Shown: in pieces, positions 42,232-61,580 of the stretch
Numbering within the stretch: position 1 is the first letter of the stretch
How the letters are laid out: each line of letters starts with the position of its first letter
Assembly (NCBI RefSeq): GCF_009914755.1
Contig: NC_060930.1
Source of the DNA: the human T2T-CHM13v2.0 reference genome, Homo sapiens
Reading direction: 5' to 3' (one strand)
DNA length: 64,000 nt
Position numbers and translations under genes: made by a program
Notes under the pieces: generated by a model
The model's input: only the letters and a program-made list of their open reading frames with translations
Databases searched by the model: none
What the model was told of the DNA's origin: nothing

Positions 42232-45200
42232 TTCTTTTTTTATTTTTAATTTTTATGGGTACATAATAGGCATGTATATTTATGGGATATGGATCTTAGA
42301 GAAAAGACTGTTAGTTTTTCCCTGTTCAGAATGATACTAGCTGTGGGTCTGTTATATATGGCCTTTATCGTGTTGAGGTATGTTCCTTCTATACCCACTT
42401 TTTTTGAGGGTTTTTTTAAATCATAAAGCATTGTTGAATTTTATCAAATGCTTTTTCAGCATCATTTGAAAAGATCATATAGTTTTTGTCCTTCATTCTG
42501 TTCACATAATGTATCACATTGATTGATTTGCATATGTTGAATCATCTTTGCAATCCCACTGAGTCATGATGAATGATCTTTTTAGTATGTCTTTGAATTC
42601 AGTTTGCTAGTATTTTATTGGGGATATTTGCAGCAATGTTCATCAGGTTTATTGGCCTGTAGTTTTCTTTTGTTTAGATATTCCTTTGTCTAGTTTTAGT
42701 ATCAGGGTAATACTTGCCTCATAGGATGAATTTGGAAGTCTTCCGTCCTCTATTTTTCTGAATAATTTGAGAGGATTGGTGTTAGTTCTTCTTTAAATGT
42801 TTGGTAAAATTCAGCAGTGAAGCCACCGTGTTCAGGCTTTTTTTTTGCTGGAAGACTTTTCATTATAGCTTCAATCTCATTACTGGTTATTGGTCTGGTC
42901 AAATTTTAAATTTCTTCATGATTCAATCTCGGTAGGTTTTTATGTCCAGTAATTTATACGTTTCTTCTAGGTTTTTCAATTAATTCACATATAGTTGCTC
43001 ATAGTAGTTTCTAATAATTCTTTGAATTTCTGCTGTGTCAGTTGTAATGTGTCCTTTTTCACCTCTGATTTTATTTATTTGGGTCTTCTCTCTTTTTACT
43101 TAGTCTTGGTAAAGGTTTGCCAATTTTATCTTTTCCAAAAAACCACATTTTTGTTTCATTGATATTTTGTATTTTTTTGTTTAAATTTCATTTATTTCTC
43201 CTCTGATCTTTATTATTTCTTCTACTAATTTTGGTTTGGTTTGCTCTTACTTTTTTAGTTCTTTAAGATGCATTGTGAGGGTGCTTATTTGAAGTTTTTC
43301 TACTTTTTTGATGTAGGCATATATAGCTATGAACTTCCCTCTTAGTACTTCTTTTGCTGTATATCATAGGTTTTGGTATGTTATATTTCCATTTTCATTT
43401 GTTTTGAGAAATTTTTAAATTTTCTTCCTAATTTCTTCATTGAACCACCGGTCATTTAGAAGTATATTGTTTAATTTCCATGTGGATGTATAGTTTTAAA
43501 AGTTCCTCTTGTTACCAATTTTTAGTTTTATTACATTGCGGTCAGAGATGATACTAGAATGATTTAATTTTATTTGAAATTTTTAAAACTTGTTTTGTGT
43601 CCTAATATATGGCCTGTCTTTAATCAATGTGCTGAGGAGAAGAATGTGTATCCTGCAGCCATTGAATGAAATGTTCTGTAAATACCTATTAGGGCTATTG
43701 GGTCTATGGTGCAGATTAAGTCCATTGTTTCTTTACTGATTTTCTGTCTGAATGATCTGTCCAATGCTGAAAATAGGGTGTTGAATTCTGTAGCTATTAT
43801 TGTTTTGGAGTCTATCACTCTCTTTAGTTCTCATAGTATTTCTTTATATATCTGGGTGCTCCAATGTTGGGTACATATATATTTATAATTGTTATATACT
43901 ATTGATGAGTTGACCACTTTATCATTACATAATGATCTCCTTTGTCTTTTATAGTTATTGTCTTGAAATCTATTTCATTTAGCTATTAGTATAGCTAGCT
44001 ACTCCTCCTCTTTTTTGGATTCCATTTGCATAGAATACTTTTTTCTATCCCTTTATTTTCAGTCTGTGTGTGTCTTCATAGTTAAAGTGTGTTTCATGTA
44101 GGCAACATATCATTTGGTCTTGTTTTTATTTAATCCATTCTGCCACTCTATGTCTTTTGATTAGAGTTTAGTGCATTTACATTCAATATTATTATTGATA
44201 AGTAAGGATTTACTCCTAATTTGTTTTTGGTTTTCTTTTTTTGTCATCTTTTCCTCCCTCCCTTTCACCCACCTTCCTATTTTCCCTCCTTCCTTTGTTT
44301 TTGTGAAGGTGATTTTCTCTGGTAGTATATTTTAATTTCTTGCTTTTTATTTTTTGTGTATCTGCTATATGCTTTTCCACTGAGGTTACCATGAGGCTTG
44401 TGAATAACATCTTATAACCAATTATTTTAAACTGATGACAACTTAACACTGATTTCATAAACAAACAAGCAAAGAGAAAACTAATAATAACTCTACAGTT
44501 TAATTTTATCCCCTACTTTTAAAGTTTTTATTGTTTCCATTTATATCTTATTGTACTGTCTGTGTCTTGAGAAGTTGTTTTTATTTTTGATAGGTTCACC
44601 TTTTAATCTTTCTATTCAAGATATGAATTATTTATACACCACACTTATGATGTTATAATATTCTGTGTTTTTCTGTGTACTTACTATTACCCAAGAGTTT
44701 TGTATCTTCAGATGGGTTTTTATTGGTAAAGTCCTTTTCTTTCAGATTGAAGAACTTCCTTTAGCATTTCTTACAGGCCAGGTCTGGAAAAGTCTTTATT
44801 TTTCCTTCTTGTTTGAAGCATATTTTTACTGGCTATCCTATTCTAGGATAAAAGTATTCTTCCTTCAGTACTTTAAATATGTCATGCTACTTTCTCCTGG
44901 CCTGTAAGGTTTCCACTGAAAAGTCCAGTGGAAACCTTATGTCAAAAGCCAGACGTATTGGAGATCCTTTGCATGTTGTGTCTGTATTTTCTCTCAGTGC
45001 TTAGGATCTTTCTTTATCCTTGATCTTTGGGAGTTTGATTTTTAAGTGTCTTGAGATAGCCTCCTTTGGGTTATATCTGCCTGGTGTTCTGTCACCTTCT
45101 TGTCCTTAAATATTGATATATTTCTCCAGGTTTAGAAATTCTCTGTTATTATCCCTTTGAATATACTTACTACACCCATCCCTTTCTCAACCTCATTTTA

Positions 45201-45655
45201 AAGGCCAATATCTCTTAGATTTGCATTTTTGTGGCTATTTTCTAGATCTTGTATGTATGCTTCACTCTTTTTTATTCCTTTTTCTCCTGTCTCCCTGATT
45301 GTGTATTTTAAAATAGTCTGTCTTCAGGTTCACTAATTCTTTCTTCTGCTTGGTCAGTTATGCTGCTAGGAGACTCTGATGCATTTTTCAGTGTGTCAAT
45401 TGCATTTTTTTAGCTCCACCACATGGCTGTTGCCAGGGTTTGGGGTAGGAGTAGTGTCAACTATTCAAGACAGTCTTTCCTACCCTTTTCACTGCCCTTG
45501 ATTTGATGTTGCAATGAGGAACTCCGATCATTTACCTGATTTTTTGGTCTTATAAAAGTGCTTTTTTGTGTAAACAGTTGTTCAATTTGGTGTTCCTGCA
45601 TAGAGAACAATTGGTGGAGTGTTCTATTCAGTCACTTGGTTTTGTCTCCTCCCCC
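42232..45655 (-). mobile_element. L1MA-type element with large internal deletion (3' tip fused to mid-ORF2), continuing through endonuclease domain, ORF1 and 5' remnant
   Basis: tttttatgggtacataatagg (L1MA tip) then gatcttagagaaaagac (ORF2); ORF track shows GIEGTYLNTIKAIY and FNTLFSALDRS. Confidence 0.88.
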
Positions 45656-45903
45656 TACCTTCTTATTGATTCAAAGTATATCTGTATCATTTTCCTCTGC
45701 ATGTGAAAGAATTATATTGCCAGTCCTTTTTGATTTCCAGCCTTTATTCAATGTCTTTAGTATATTTTATTTATAATGAAATTAAAATGCTCAGATAAAG
45801 AGAATGGTCTTTTAAACCATTTTTACAGTTTAATATGTTGCATTTTAGGCTGACGTTAAATGAAAGTCACCTAAAATATTTATGATTAAAAAATTCCACT
45901 GGG

Positions 45904-46956
45904 AGGGAGGAGCCAAGATGGCCAAATAGGAACAGCTCCGGTCTACGGAGCCCAGCATGAGCAACACAGAACACGGGTGATTTCGGCATTTCCAACTGAG
46001 GTACCGGGTTCATCTCACTGGAGAGTGCCAGACAGTAGGTACAGGACAGTGGGTGCAGCGCACTGTGCACGAGCTGAAGAAGGACGAGGCATCACCTCAC
46101 CTGGAAAGCACAAGGGGTCAGGGAATTCCCTTTCCTAGTCAAAGAAAGCAGTGACAGATGGCACCTGGAAAATCGGGTCACTCCCACCCTAATACTGCGC
46201 TTTTCCAAAGGGCTTAAAAAACGGCACACCAGGAGATTATATCCTGCACATGGCTCAGAGGGTCCTACTGGCTTGGAGGGTCCTACTCCCATGGAGTCTC
46301 GCTCATTGCTAGCACAGCAGTCCAAGATCAAACTGCAAGGCGGCAGCGAGGCTGGGGGGGGCGGCGCCCGCCATTGCCGAGTTACTTGTTTGATTAGGTA
46401 AACAAAGCGGCCAGGAAGCTGGAACTGGGTGGAGCCCACCACAGTTCAAGGAGGCCTGCCTGCCTCTGTAGGCTCCACCTCTGGGGGCAGGGCACAGACA
46501 AACAAAAAGACAGCAGTAACCTCTGCAGACTTAAATGTCCCTCTCTGACAGCTTTGAAGAGAGTAGTGGTTCTCCCAGCACGCAGCTTGAGATCTGAGAA
46601 TGGGCAGACTGACTCCTCAAGTGGGTCCCTGACCCCCAAGTAGCCTAACTGGGAGGCACCCCCCAGTAGGGGTGGACTGACACCTCACACGGCTGTGTAC
46701 TCCTCTGAGACAAAACTTCCAGAGGAACGATCAGGCAGCAGCATCTGCGGTTCACCAATATCAGCTGTTCTGCAGCCACCGCTGCTGATACCCAGGCAAA
46801 CAGGGTCTGGAGTGGACCTCTGGCAAACTCCAACAGACCTGCAGCTGAGGGTCCTGTCTGTTAGAAGGAAAACTAACAAACAGAAAGGACATCCACACCC
46901 AAAACCCATCTGTACGTCACTATCATCAAAGACCAAAGGTAGATAAAACCACAAAG
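45904..46956. promoter_or_regulatory. L1 5'UTR with sense and antisense promoter region, CpG-depleted, retaining the ~129-bp ZNF93-target segment
   Basis: Position upstream of ORF1 ATG; segment 46704-46831 is absent from recalled L1HS/L1PA2 UTR. Confidence 0.8.
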
Positions 46957-47973
46957 ATGGGAAAAAAACAGAGCAGAAAAACTGGAAACTCTAAAAATCA
47001 GAGTGCCTCTCCTCCTCCAAAGGAAGGCAGCTCTTCACCAGCAATGGAACAAAGCTGGATGGGGAATGACTTTGCCGAGTTGAGAGAAGAAGGCTTTAGA
47101 TGATCAAACTACTCCGAGCTACAGGAGGAAATTCAAACCAACGGCAAAGAAGTTAAAAGCTTTGAAAAAAAATTAGACGAATGGATAAGTAGAATAACCA
47201 ATGCAGAGAAGTACTTAAAGGACCTGATGGAGCTGAAAACCAAGGCACGAGAGCTATGTGACGAATGCAGAAGCTTCAGTAGACGATGCGATCAACTGGA
47301 AGAAAGGGTATCAGTGATGGAAGACGAAATGAATGAAATGAAGTGAGAAGAGAAGTTTAGGGGAAAAAGAATAAAAAGAAATGAACAAAGCCTCCAAGAA
47401 ATATGGGACTATGTGAAAAGACCAAATCTACATCTGATTGGTGTACCTGAAAGTGACAGGGAGAATGGAACCAAGTTGGAAACCACTCTGCAGGATATTA
47501 TCCAGGAGAACTTCCCCAATCTAGCAAGGCAGGCCAACATTCAAATTCAGGAAATACAGAGAACGCCACAAAGATACTCCTCGAGAAGAGCAACTCCAAG
47601 ACACATAATTGTCAGGTTCACGAAAGTTGAAATGAAGGAAAAAATGTTAAGGGCAGCCAGAGAGAAAGGTCAGGTTACCCACAAAGGGAAGCCCATCAGA
47701 CTAACAGCGGATCTCTTGGCAGAAACTCTACAAGCCAGAAGAGAGTGGGGGCCAATATTCAACATTCTTAAAGAAAAGAATTTTCAACCCAGATTTTCAT
47801 ATCCAGCCAAACTAAGCTTCATAAGTGAAGGAGAAATAAAATACTTTACAGAGAAGCAAATGCTGAGAGATTTTGTCACCACCAGGCCTGCCCTAAAAGA
47901 ACTCCTGAAGGAAGCACTAAACATGGAAAGGAACAACTGGTACCAGCCACTGCAAAAACATGCCAAATCGTAA
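46957..47973 (+). pseudogene. L1 ORF1 (338-codon frame) with CpG-derived stops
   Basis: MGKKQSRKTGNSKNQSASPPPKE...; in-frame TGA at 47101 and 47344 (CGA>TGA); TAA at 47971-47973. Confidence 0.95.
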
Positions 47974-48036
47974 AGACCATCAAGGCTAGGAAGAAAGTGC
48001 ATCAACTAATGAGCAAAATAACCAGCTAACATCATA

Positions 48037-53811
<5,775 letters not shown>

Positions 53812-54547
53812 ACAATGAGAACACATGGACACAGGAAGGGGAACATCACACACCAGAGACTGTTGGGGGGTGGGGGAAGGGGGGACGGGTAGCATTAGGA
53901 GATACACCTAATGCTAAATGATGAGTTAATGGGTGCAGCACACCAACATGGCACATGTATACATATGTAACAAACCTGCACGTTGTGCACATGTACCCCA
54001 AAACTTAAAGTATAATAATAATAAAATATAAAAAAAATTCCACTGGGTCTAACAAAATACAAATTTACAGTTTTTATTTTTAGAAGAGGGCTTGAATTAA
54101 GGAGGAAAACAGTGCAGTTTGCCATGCTGTGTTGTCAACTCATTGATGAAGACTCAGCAATGCTAGAGGAGGTTATCAACACAGAGAAAGAGTAATGAAC
54201 TTATTTTGCTTCTCCCTTGCAAATAAACATGAAGACAGAGAATGCCAAAACTTCTGGAAAAAAATTTAAAACTCATTCTATTCCTCATTTGGGAAAGTAC
54301 AGAGTAGAATTTTCAAGTGACAAAACAATGGAAGCCTCCAGAGAGTTCCATGATTAGAGAGGAAAAATAATTACATAGGACATTAGTACATTGATGCTCT
54401 CTGGTGATAGAAATCTTAAAGGAAATACCTTCCTTAGTTTGGGAAAGAGCATAAAAACAGATTCTTGATATCTTTCAAAAATTCCAGCACTCTTATCTTA
54501 AGGGTATAAAATAAAAATATCACATAGCTGTAAAAACGAAGATTAAG

Positions 54548-54837
54548 ATTTTATTTATTTATTTATTTATTTGCTTTCTTTTTCAACTTTAATTTTAGGT
54601 TCGAGGTACATGTGAAGGTTTGTTGTAAAGGTAAACTTGTGTCACAGGAGTTTGTCGTATGAATTATTTCACTACCCAGGTATTAAGCCTAGTACCCAAT
54701 AGTAATTTTTTCTGCCCCTCTCCCTCCTCCCACCCTCTACCTTCAAATAGTGTCTGTTGTTCCCTTCATTGTGTTCATGACTACTCCTATTCAACATAGT
54801 ATTGGAAGTCCTAGCCAGAGCAATCAGGCAAGAAAAA
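54548..54837 (-). mobile_element. Short 5'-inverted L1 (L1PA13-16-like)
   Basis: 54548-54780 is 3'UTR on minus; 54781-54837 is an RT-region fragment (ctcctattcaacatagtattggaagtcctagcc) on plus. Confidence 0.8.
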
Positions 54838-56439
54838 TATTTTAATCTTATATCAGCCTTTGTACCATGTAATAAAAATAATTTATCAAAGTTACCTTTG
54901 AAACAATGAGCAAATACTAAAATAGATTAGAAAAATCTCCAAGAGTCATGAGGATTCGTTTAACTCCGTGGATGAACAGAGCCTCTGTCACTAAGACATT
55001 TGGGTCAAGGTGGCACTGCCTTTTATGCCTGGGACTGTGCAAGACACATTCTCTTTCTTGATCTCAGTTATAAATCTTTATCATAACTCATTGAAACAAC
55101 TATTTTTCATCCAAATTACAGCTGAAGAAACTTATAGAGGTGATAATTTACCCAAAAAACATAAAACTGGCTTATCTCACAAGAAATTCAGGTACCATGT
55201 AACCTTCCAAACAGAAAGGCATAGTAAACATGACTTACAGAGGAGAATATTAGAAAATAAAATGGGCAGTTAAAAGAAAAAGATAAAAAGACAAATTCTG
55301 AGGATACAGGTGCCACGTGATGCCATAATGGACAGTTTTCTAAAGTTACACAAAGCACAGATGATTCCTCTTTCCTGGGACATAGTGCCACCGTGCCGCA
55401 AGTTGCTTTTTTGCATCTTCTTTTGCTCTTCCATCAGTCCTAAATGACATATGCCAAACCCTTAATGCCAAGAGGCAGTAGATTATATTTTTAATCTCTT
55501 TGCTCCACCAGTTTAAATGATAAAATGCCAGAAAGAATGGACTAGCTATTGACTGGAAGCCTAACCATTTGGTCTTGATTTCAGACGCTTAGCAATTTGA
55601 TTCTTCTTGCTTCTGTAGCCTTATCTTCCACTGCTTTGCTCACTGACAATTTACTACTCATTGCCTGCCTAACTGGGAAATGGGCATCAGACCCATTTCC
55701 ACACTGACGTTTCCTTTCTATTTTGCTCATTGCCAAAATGTACTCAAGTTTCTAATTGCTTTAAGGAAAGAACTGGGGGCATTTAGTTTACTTGGTGATT
55801 TGGGATATTGGTAGACATTTAAACCAAATATCCTCCCATCATGCCATACATTAACAATAGTAAGATACAACTTCCTCTATTCAGAAATATTACATTAAAT
55901 ATATAAATGTAGTATACCAATTTTTTTTTATTTTAATGTCACAAAAAATATTTATATAGTCTTTCTTGGATCCACTTCCTAACATCTGAAGTCCCTTAAC
56001 TCAGAAATATCCTCCCATTGGGGCCATAAAAAATAACCCATGGAGTTTCTATGGTATGACAGGATATAATAGTGAAAGACAGATTTTTGTTTTAACAAAT
56101 GTAGTAATAATGTAAGGATGAAAATAGTATGGGAACCACTGGATTAAGAAAGCTGATTTTTAGATGAGGGTGTGGTTCAAAAAAACTTTTAATTAACATC
56201 ACAAGAAGAAAAAAGTATGGTAACCTGTAGAATATAGTGGCAAATAATATACTTTCCTTAAATGGATTAAATTGGAAAAGAAGTTAAAGAATGACTGAGA
56301 ACAATATTTGATCAGAAAATGTACAAAATGCTTTATTTTTTGAACCACCCAACCAAAAAATAAACTCAATTAGAAAATATGGCACTGCAGAAATGACGTC
56401 TGTTATAATTAAATTTTATATTAATACTACTACCAACTA

Positions 56440-56630
56440 ATATTCAATGAGTGTGACGTTTCAGGCATTGTGCTACATTTTTTACCTTAACAATTGTTGT
56501 TCTGCTTATAACCCCAGGAGGTAGGGACTATTCATCCCATTGATAAAATAAGGCATAAATTCCAATACCACATAGATAGAATGCATCCAAGCTGGCAATC
56601 AAATTCAAGTCTGTCTGACTCTGAAGCTTA
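56440..56630 (-). mobile_element. MIR fragment
   Basis: aggcattgtgcta...aaccccaggaggtagggactatt...attcaagtctgtctgactctgaagc. Confidence 0.55.
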
Positions 56631-56932
56631 GCATTCATGGATGGAACCCAATTTCAAAATACTGAAAAAAAAAACTTACTATATTGTAGCAATTTATTTC
56701 CTCTCCTGAGCTAAATTTCAGTACACTACTGTTTTGTGCATCTTATAAAAACAGACATGTGAGAAGTATTTTGAAGTACACGGTGTACCCTCAGTATATT
56801 TTTCTCCATGAAATTGAGAATTTCTTTTAACCAATAACTTAAGAATAGTGGTCTGAATAATTACATTCAGTTATACTTAAACTATTCTTTTTAATTTAAA
56901 AATTTAAAAAATATACCTTCAGAATCAAACTA

Positions 56933-57274
<342 letters not shown>

Positions 57275-58312
57275 AAAACACTTGCTGGTTATTTGGGAGA
57301 ATATTCAACACTGTATTCTACCACATGTGACTAACATTTTACTTACTGAAATCACTGAAGCTATCCATGATCATTTTTACCCACAAAACAAATCTAGCTG
57401 TGGCTTTCTAATAATTTCTTTGTAACAAACATTCATCTAAATTTAATTATGGATCTTCTTTCTGAAACCTAGATTGTAGCTGTTTGACAAAATAGTAAAC
57501 CATTTATAATAAATATATACCTCTTGCTACCCACTGTTGCCTATGTGAAAAGCAAACTGCCTGTCATCAGGGTGTCTGCCCTTGTGAGTGTTTCTTGGGC
57601 AGGCCTATCTGAAACCAGTTTGTGTTTTCTCAGTAGCATCTTTATGCATATGAGGCATCCTATTTAGCAGGTGTACAGGTCTTTCCTTATATATCAGTTT
57701 AATTTGTTATAAAAGAAAATGGCCTTATGCTTTGAGATGTCTGATAAAGTTCTTAAAGTGACAATTATGTAAGCCACAAGCCAATATTTTAAAACAGAAC
57801 ATCCCAAACATATTTTCTAAATTTGAGGAAAATATGTCTAATCATTTTTACATAATGCAATTACACAAAGGCAGAAATTTCATTTGATTTACATTCTAGT
57901 ATCCCTTGCATTTTATCGCCAAATGCCACAATTATATTAATCATTTTAAGACAGATGTGATTATAATTTAGCATCCCAGTAACTCTCAACTCCATATTTA
58001 TATGTAATGGTTTTCCAAAATAACTGATAAAGTTAAAACTGGTAAAATGTGAATAATATTCATAATATAAATGAAATTTCCTCTTAAAAAATCAACTTTA
58101 AGAAATCTAATCTTAAAAACCCAGGCTAACCCTTTTCTAGAAATTTGTTTTTGAAAATCACATTGTGTAGACAACTCCATGCCATAAATAAGATCTATGA
58201 TTCAAGAGAAGCAAAAAAGAACAAAATAAATAAACAAAAAACTAGCATTTCCCCATTAGAAATCTGCAAGCTTTTGCTTTTCCCAAACCTTCATTTTTTA
58301 TAACCTTTTCTC

Positions 58313-58490
58313 CCTGTTTATTTCATTTATGTATTTTATCTTTACAAATTTATGGGATACACATGCAATTTTCTTGAATGCATAGTTTGTGTAGTGGTCA
58401 AGTCAGGGCTTTTAGGATATCCATCACCCAAATAGAATAATGTACATTATAACCATTAACTAATTTTTCATCATCCACTCCTTCCCTCCC
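58313..58490 (-). mobile_element. L1MA 3' terminal fragment
   Basis: tttatgggatacacatgcaatt...gtggtcaagtcagggcttttagg.tatccatcacc. Confidence 0.8.
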
Positions 58491-59324
58491 GAAAATTTTG
58501 GAACTGGAGGGTAGACGTTATCAATAAATCTCCAGGGAGATAGAGAAGAAACCTTTTATGATTTGACTTTGTCCCCCTCACTCTGAAAACTTTTGCATGA
58601 CAGAAAGAGAAATGAATTGTGTCTAGGGAATGGAAACATGATATTGAGCACCTATAATGATGCTTCTATGCCAAATTAAGAATTTTGGACAAATGTTGGG
58701 AAGGGGACACCTTTGAGGAACTCCAGGTAGGGAATTTTGGAAGTGTTTTTTGGTTTGTTTCTTGGCTTTTGGGGGGTGGGTTTAGAGATGAAGATCCAGT
58801 CTCTGTCATATATTAGCAAATCAGTATGGCAACTAATTGTGTTGATTGGCTGGGGATATTCGGGCTGTTTCGTTAGGTACTGTGTGGGCAATGATCTGAA
58901 TTTCCTTTATTTGTTTTTCTTTTTTTCCAGGAGAAGGTTTTAATGAATAGATGAGGCAGCAGTTATTTAAATTCTTGTTTTATCAGGATTCAGATTTGAA
59001 CCTCTGTCATCAGGTGGGATGCCAAGGCCAAGTTATGTCACTTCATGGGTTTAAGATCAACCAACTCATTCGAGTTGCTAGTTTTATGCTCCTGATAAAG
59101 ACTATGAAATACCATTTTTGAAGGGCTCAAATATAGCCTTTTGCACCAGGAACTCTTAGTTTATTTTTGCAGTTCGAGTGGAATTACGTGGAAGTTTAAT
59201 ATGATTTATATAAATACAGACAAATCTAAATCTCAATAAACGATCACAGATGAATTAAAGTACTTTCTTCTATTCAAAAGATTTTTATAGATTTCCAGTA
59301 TGGTCACATTTGTGCTCAAGATTG

Positions 59325-59417
59325 TGTATTATTCAGCTATTATTGCATAGCAAAGACCGTAAAATTTTAATAGCATATAACAATAAGTATGCATTTTTTA
59401 TACCTGTGTATAAAGGT

Positions 59418-59463
<46 letters not shown>

Positions 59464-59828
59464 TATACATATACATATACATATATGTCTGTATGTGTAT
59501 ATATGGTCGGTCTGATCTAGGTTGAGCATGGCTGGACTTACTTCAAACTGATGGTTGGGTCCACATGTCTCTCATTATTCTTGAAATAGATGGCTACTCA
59601 GGCCATATTCTTCTTATGGCAATGGCAGAAACAGAGTGGGACACAAGAACATTCCATGTCTTTTCTTAATTTATACTGCATTACATTGGCCAAAGTGATT
59701 TACATGGCCCGGTCCATAGTTAAGGGGTGAGGATGTATACTGCGCACCATGAGGCCATGCCAAGTTATGGATGTGTAACATTATTACAGGGGAATGAATA
59801 ATTGAGTACAGTACTTGAAGCTACCACA
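59325..59828 (-). mobile_element. Old MaLR LTR (MLT1H/I-like) with embedded microsatellite
   Basis: tgtattattcagctatt...ttcttatggcaatggcagaa...cattggccaaagtgatttacatggcc...ctaccaca. Confidence 0.65.
59418..59503. repeat. Compound (TG)(TA)(CA)(TACATA) microsatellite
   Basis: Directly visible. Confidence 0.95.
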
Positions 59829-61366
59829 CTTTCAAGAGAAAATAATTGTTTAATGAAATGCACATCACTTTCTTAGAAACAATAAAGATATTCAGCTTTC
59901 ATCTATATATAATTTATTTGTAATCAGTTACTTCCTATCATTCATTTCCTATACATTCTCACAGACCGCTCCTTCTCCTAGAATGTCTTGGTCTTTCTTC
60001 TTAGCCTGATACATCTTTACTCATCCTTTAAGCTCAGCATACGTATCACTTTCTATAAGAGGTACAAGTCCTCTAGCCCAGCGCTTTCCATGTTGCATTG
60101 TCATGATCTATTTGTCAGTCTCCGCAGAAGACTGAGAGCTCCTTTGAATATTTTGTTCCTAGCACTGCATCTAGCATGTAGCAAGCACTCATTATATATT
60201 TACTGAAGAAAGAAAATACATAAAAGCAAAAGAAGTAAGATAAAAAAGACATAGCTCCTGCCTTCAAAATTCATGCTCTGTGCTCTAAAAATACATTGTG
60301 TCAATGGTTTTATACAGTGAATTTGAATTATAAAATCAAATCGATTTTCTTGCTGAAATAAACTTATATAATTAAGATTATCCATGAAAAAATTTAGAAC
60401 CCCACCATCTCTTAAGAAAAAGGTGAAATGTATTTATTTTCTAAAACTAATTAAATTTTTATTTTATATAAAATTACAATATGTATAGGAGATTAATAAT
60501 AGTAGTCATTACCTATATGAGCTTGGGCTTTGTTGTTCATCATATGTAAACTACTGACTGTTGTATTAGGAGAAAAATACAGCATTTAATTATGTGAATG
60601 GTTGTTAAAGATTACTTGATAATATCAGGCATCATTCTTTTAAATTATAAAGTGTGAATCACTGAAGCAATTGGATTACAGCATTCATTTCTTATTAAAG
60701 AAGCATGAAAACAAACCTTAGAATGACTCTGTCAAGTAAGTTTTCTTTAATTCAGTTAAAAAATAAACCCTAAAATTAAATCTAACAATAAGTATAGGCT
60801 TCCCAGCTAGAAATATTTTTTAAAATAGTTTTCCAAGCCTGAATTACTTTAATATTTGGATTCAGAGATTTATTAAAATGTTATTTAATTTGAAAACACA
60901 TGTATATTCCTAAAAATTTTTAGTATTTTAGGAATCATAGACTCATGTTCTGAGGTATAGCTTCTCATTAAGCATATGAAAAGTATTTATTACTCTAATT
61001 ATTATAGTAATTGGATAAGTTTAAAAAATTATCTACTTCATTTAATGACTTTGTCAAGAGGTGCACTTTGTAATTCAATAATTATTCTATGAAGATGATT
61101 TCAATTATTTTGAAATGGTAAACTAAAAAATTCTATACAAATGTAATATGAGAAATAACTCACAACATGAGTAAGAGTGCTTTCTTTCAGAATAGAATTT
61201 TTCTCATTGCATACCAATTTTGTTTTTGAATCAGTTTAATCTGGAAATTTATATGGTATGAAATACATCTTCCAAATAATAACTGGTGTGAATATTTGAT
61301 ACAATTAAATGTATAAATATAAACTGTTTCACCTTAACACTCTTCATATAATTTCTGGTGAATACA

Positions 61367-61444
61367 TTAGGTTGAACCACATGAATTGACAATATCTACT
61401 GAAATTTTTACCTACAAATGATAATTTCACATGGTTCAACTTAA
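61367..61444 (-). mobile_element. MADE2 MITE, complete
   Basis: TIRs ttaggttgaaccacatgaatt ... aatttcacatggttcaacttaa, 78 bp. Confidence 0.85.
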
Positions 61445-61580
61445 TTAAAAATGTTTTCTAAAAAAATTCTAAATCTACATGTATCCGTACAGTAATGTTA
61501 GTGTTTCATTTTTAATTGTTACCAATATTAGGATTTTTAAGTTGGTACAAATTTTACAAGCTTTTAAAAATATATGCATG

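Noticed and set aside
53865-53889. G-quadruplex-like G-tract
   Set aside because: Standard L1 3'UTR feature
58500-59000. LTR-like texture here and at ~63210-63590 and ~29750-30200
   Set aside because: Could not match to a family with confidence
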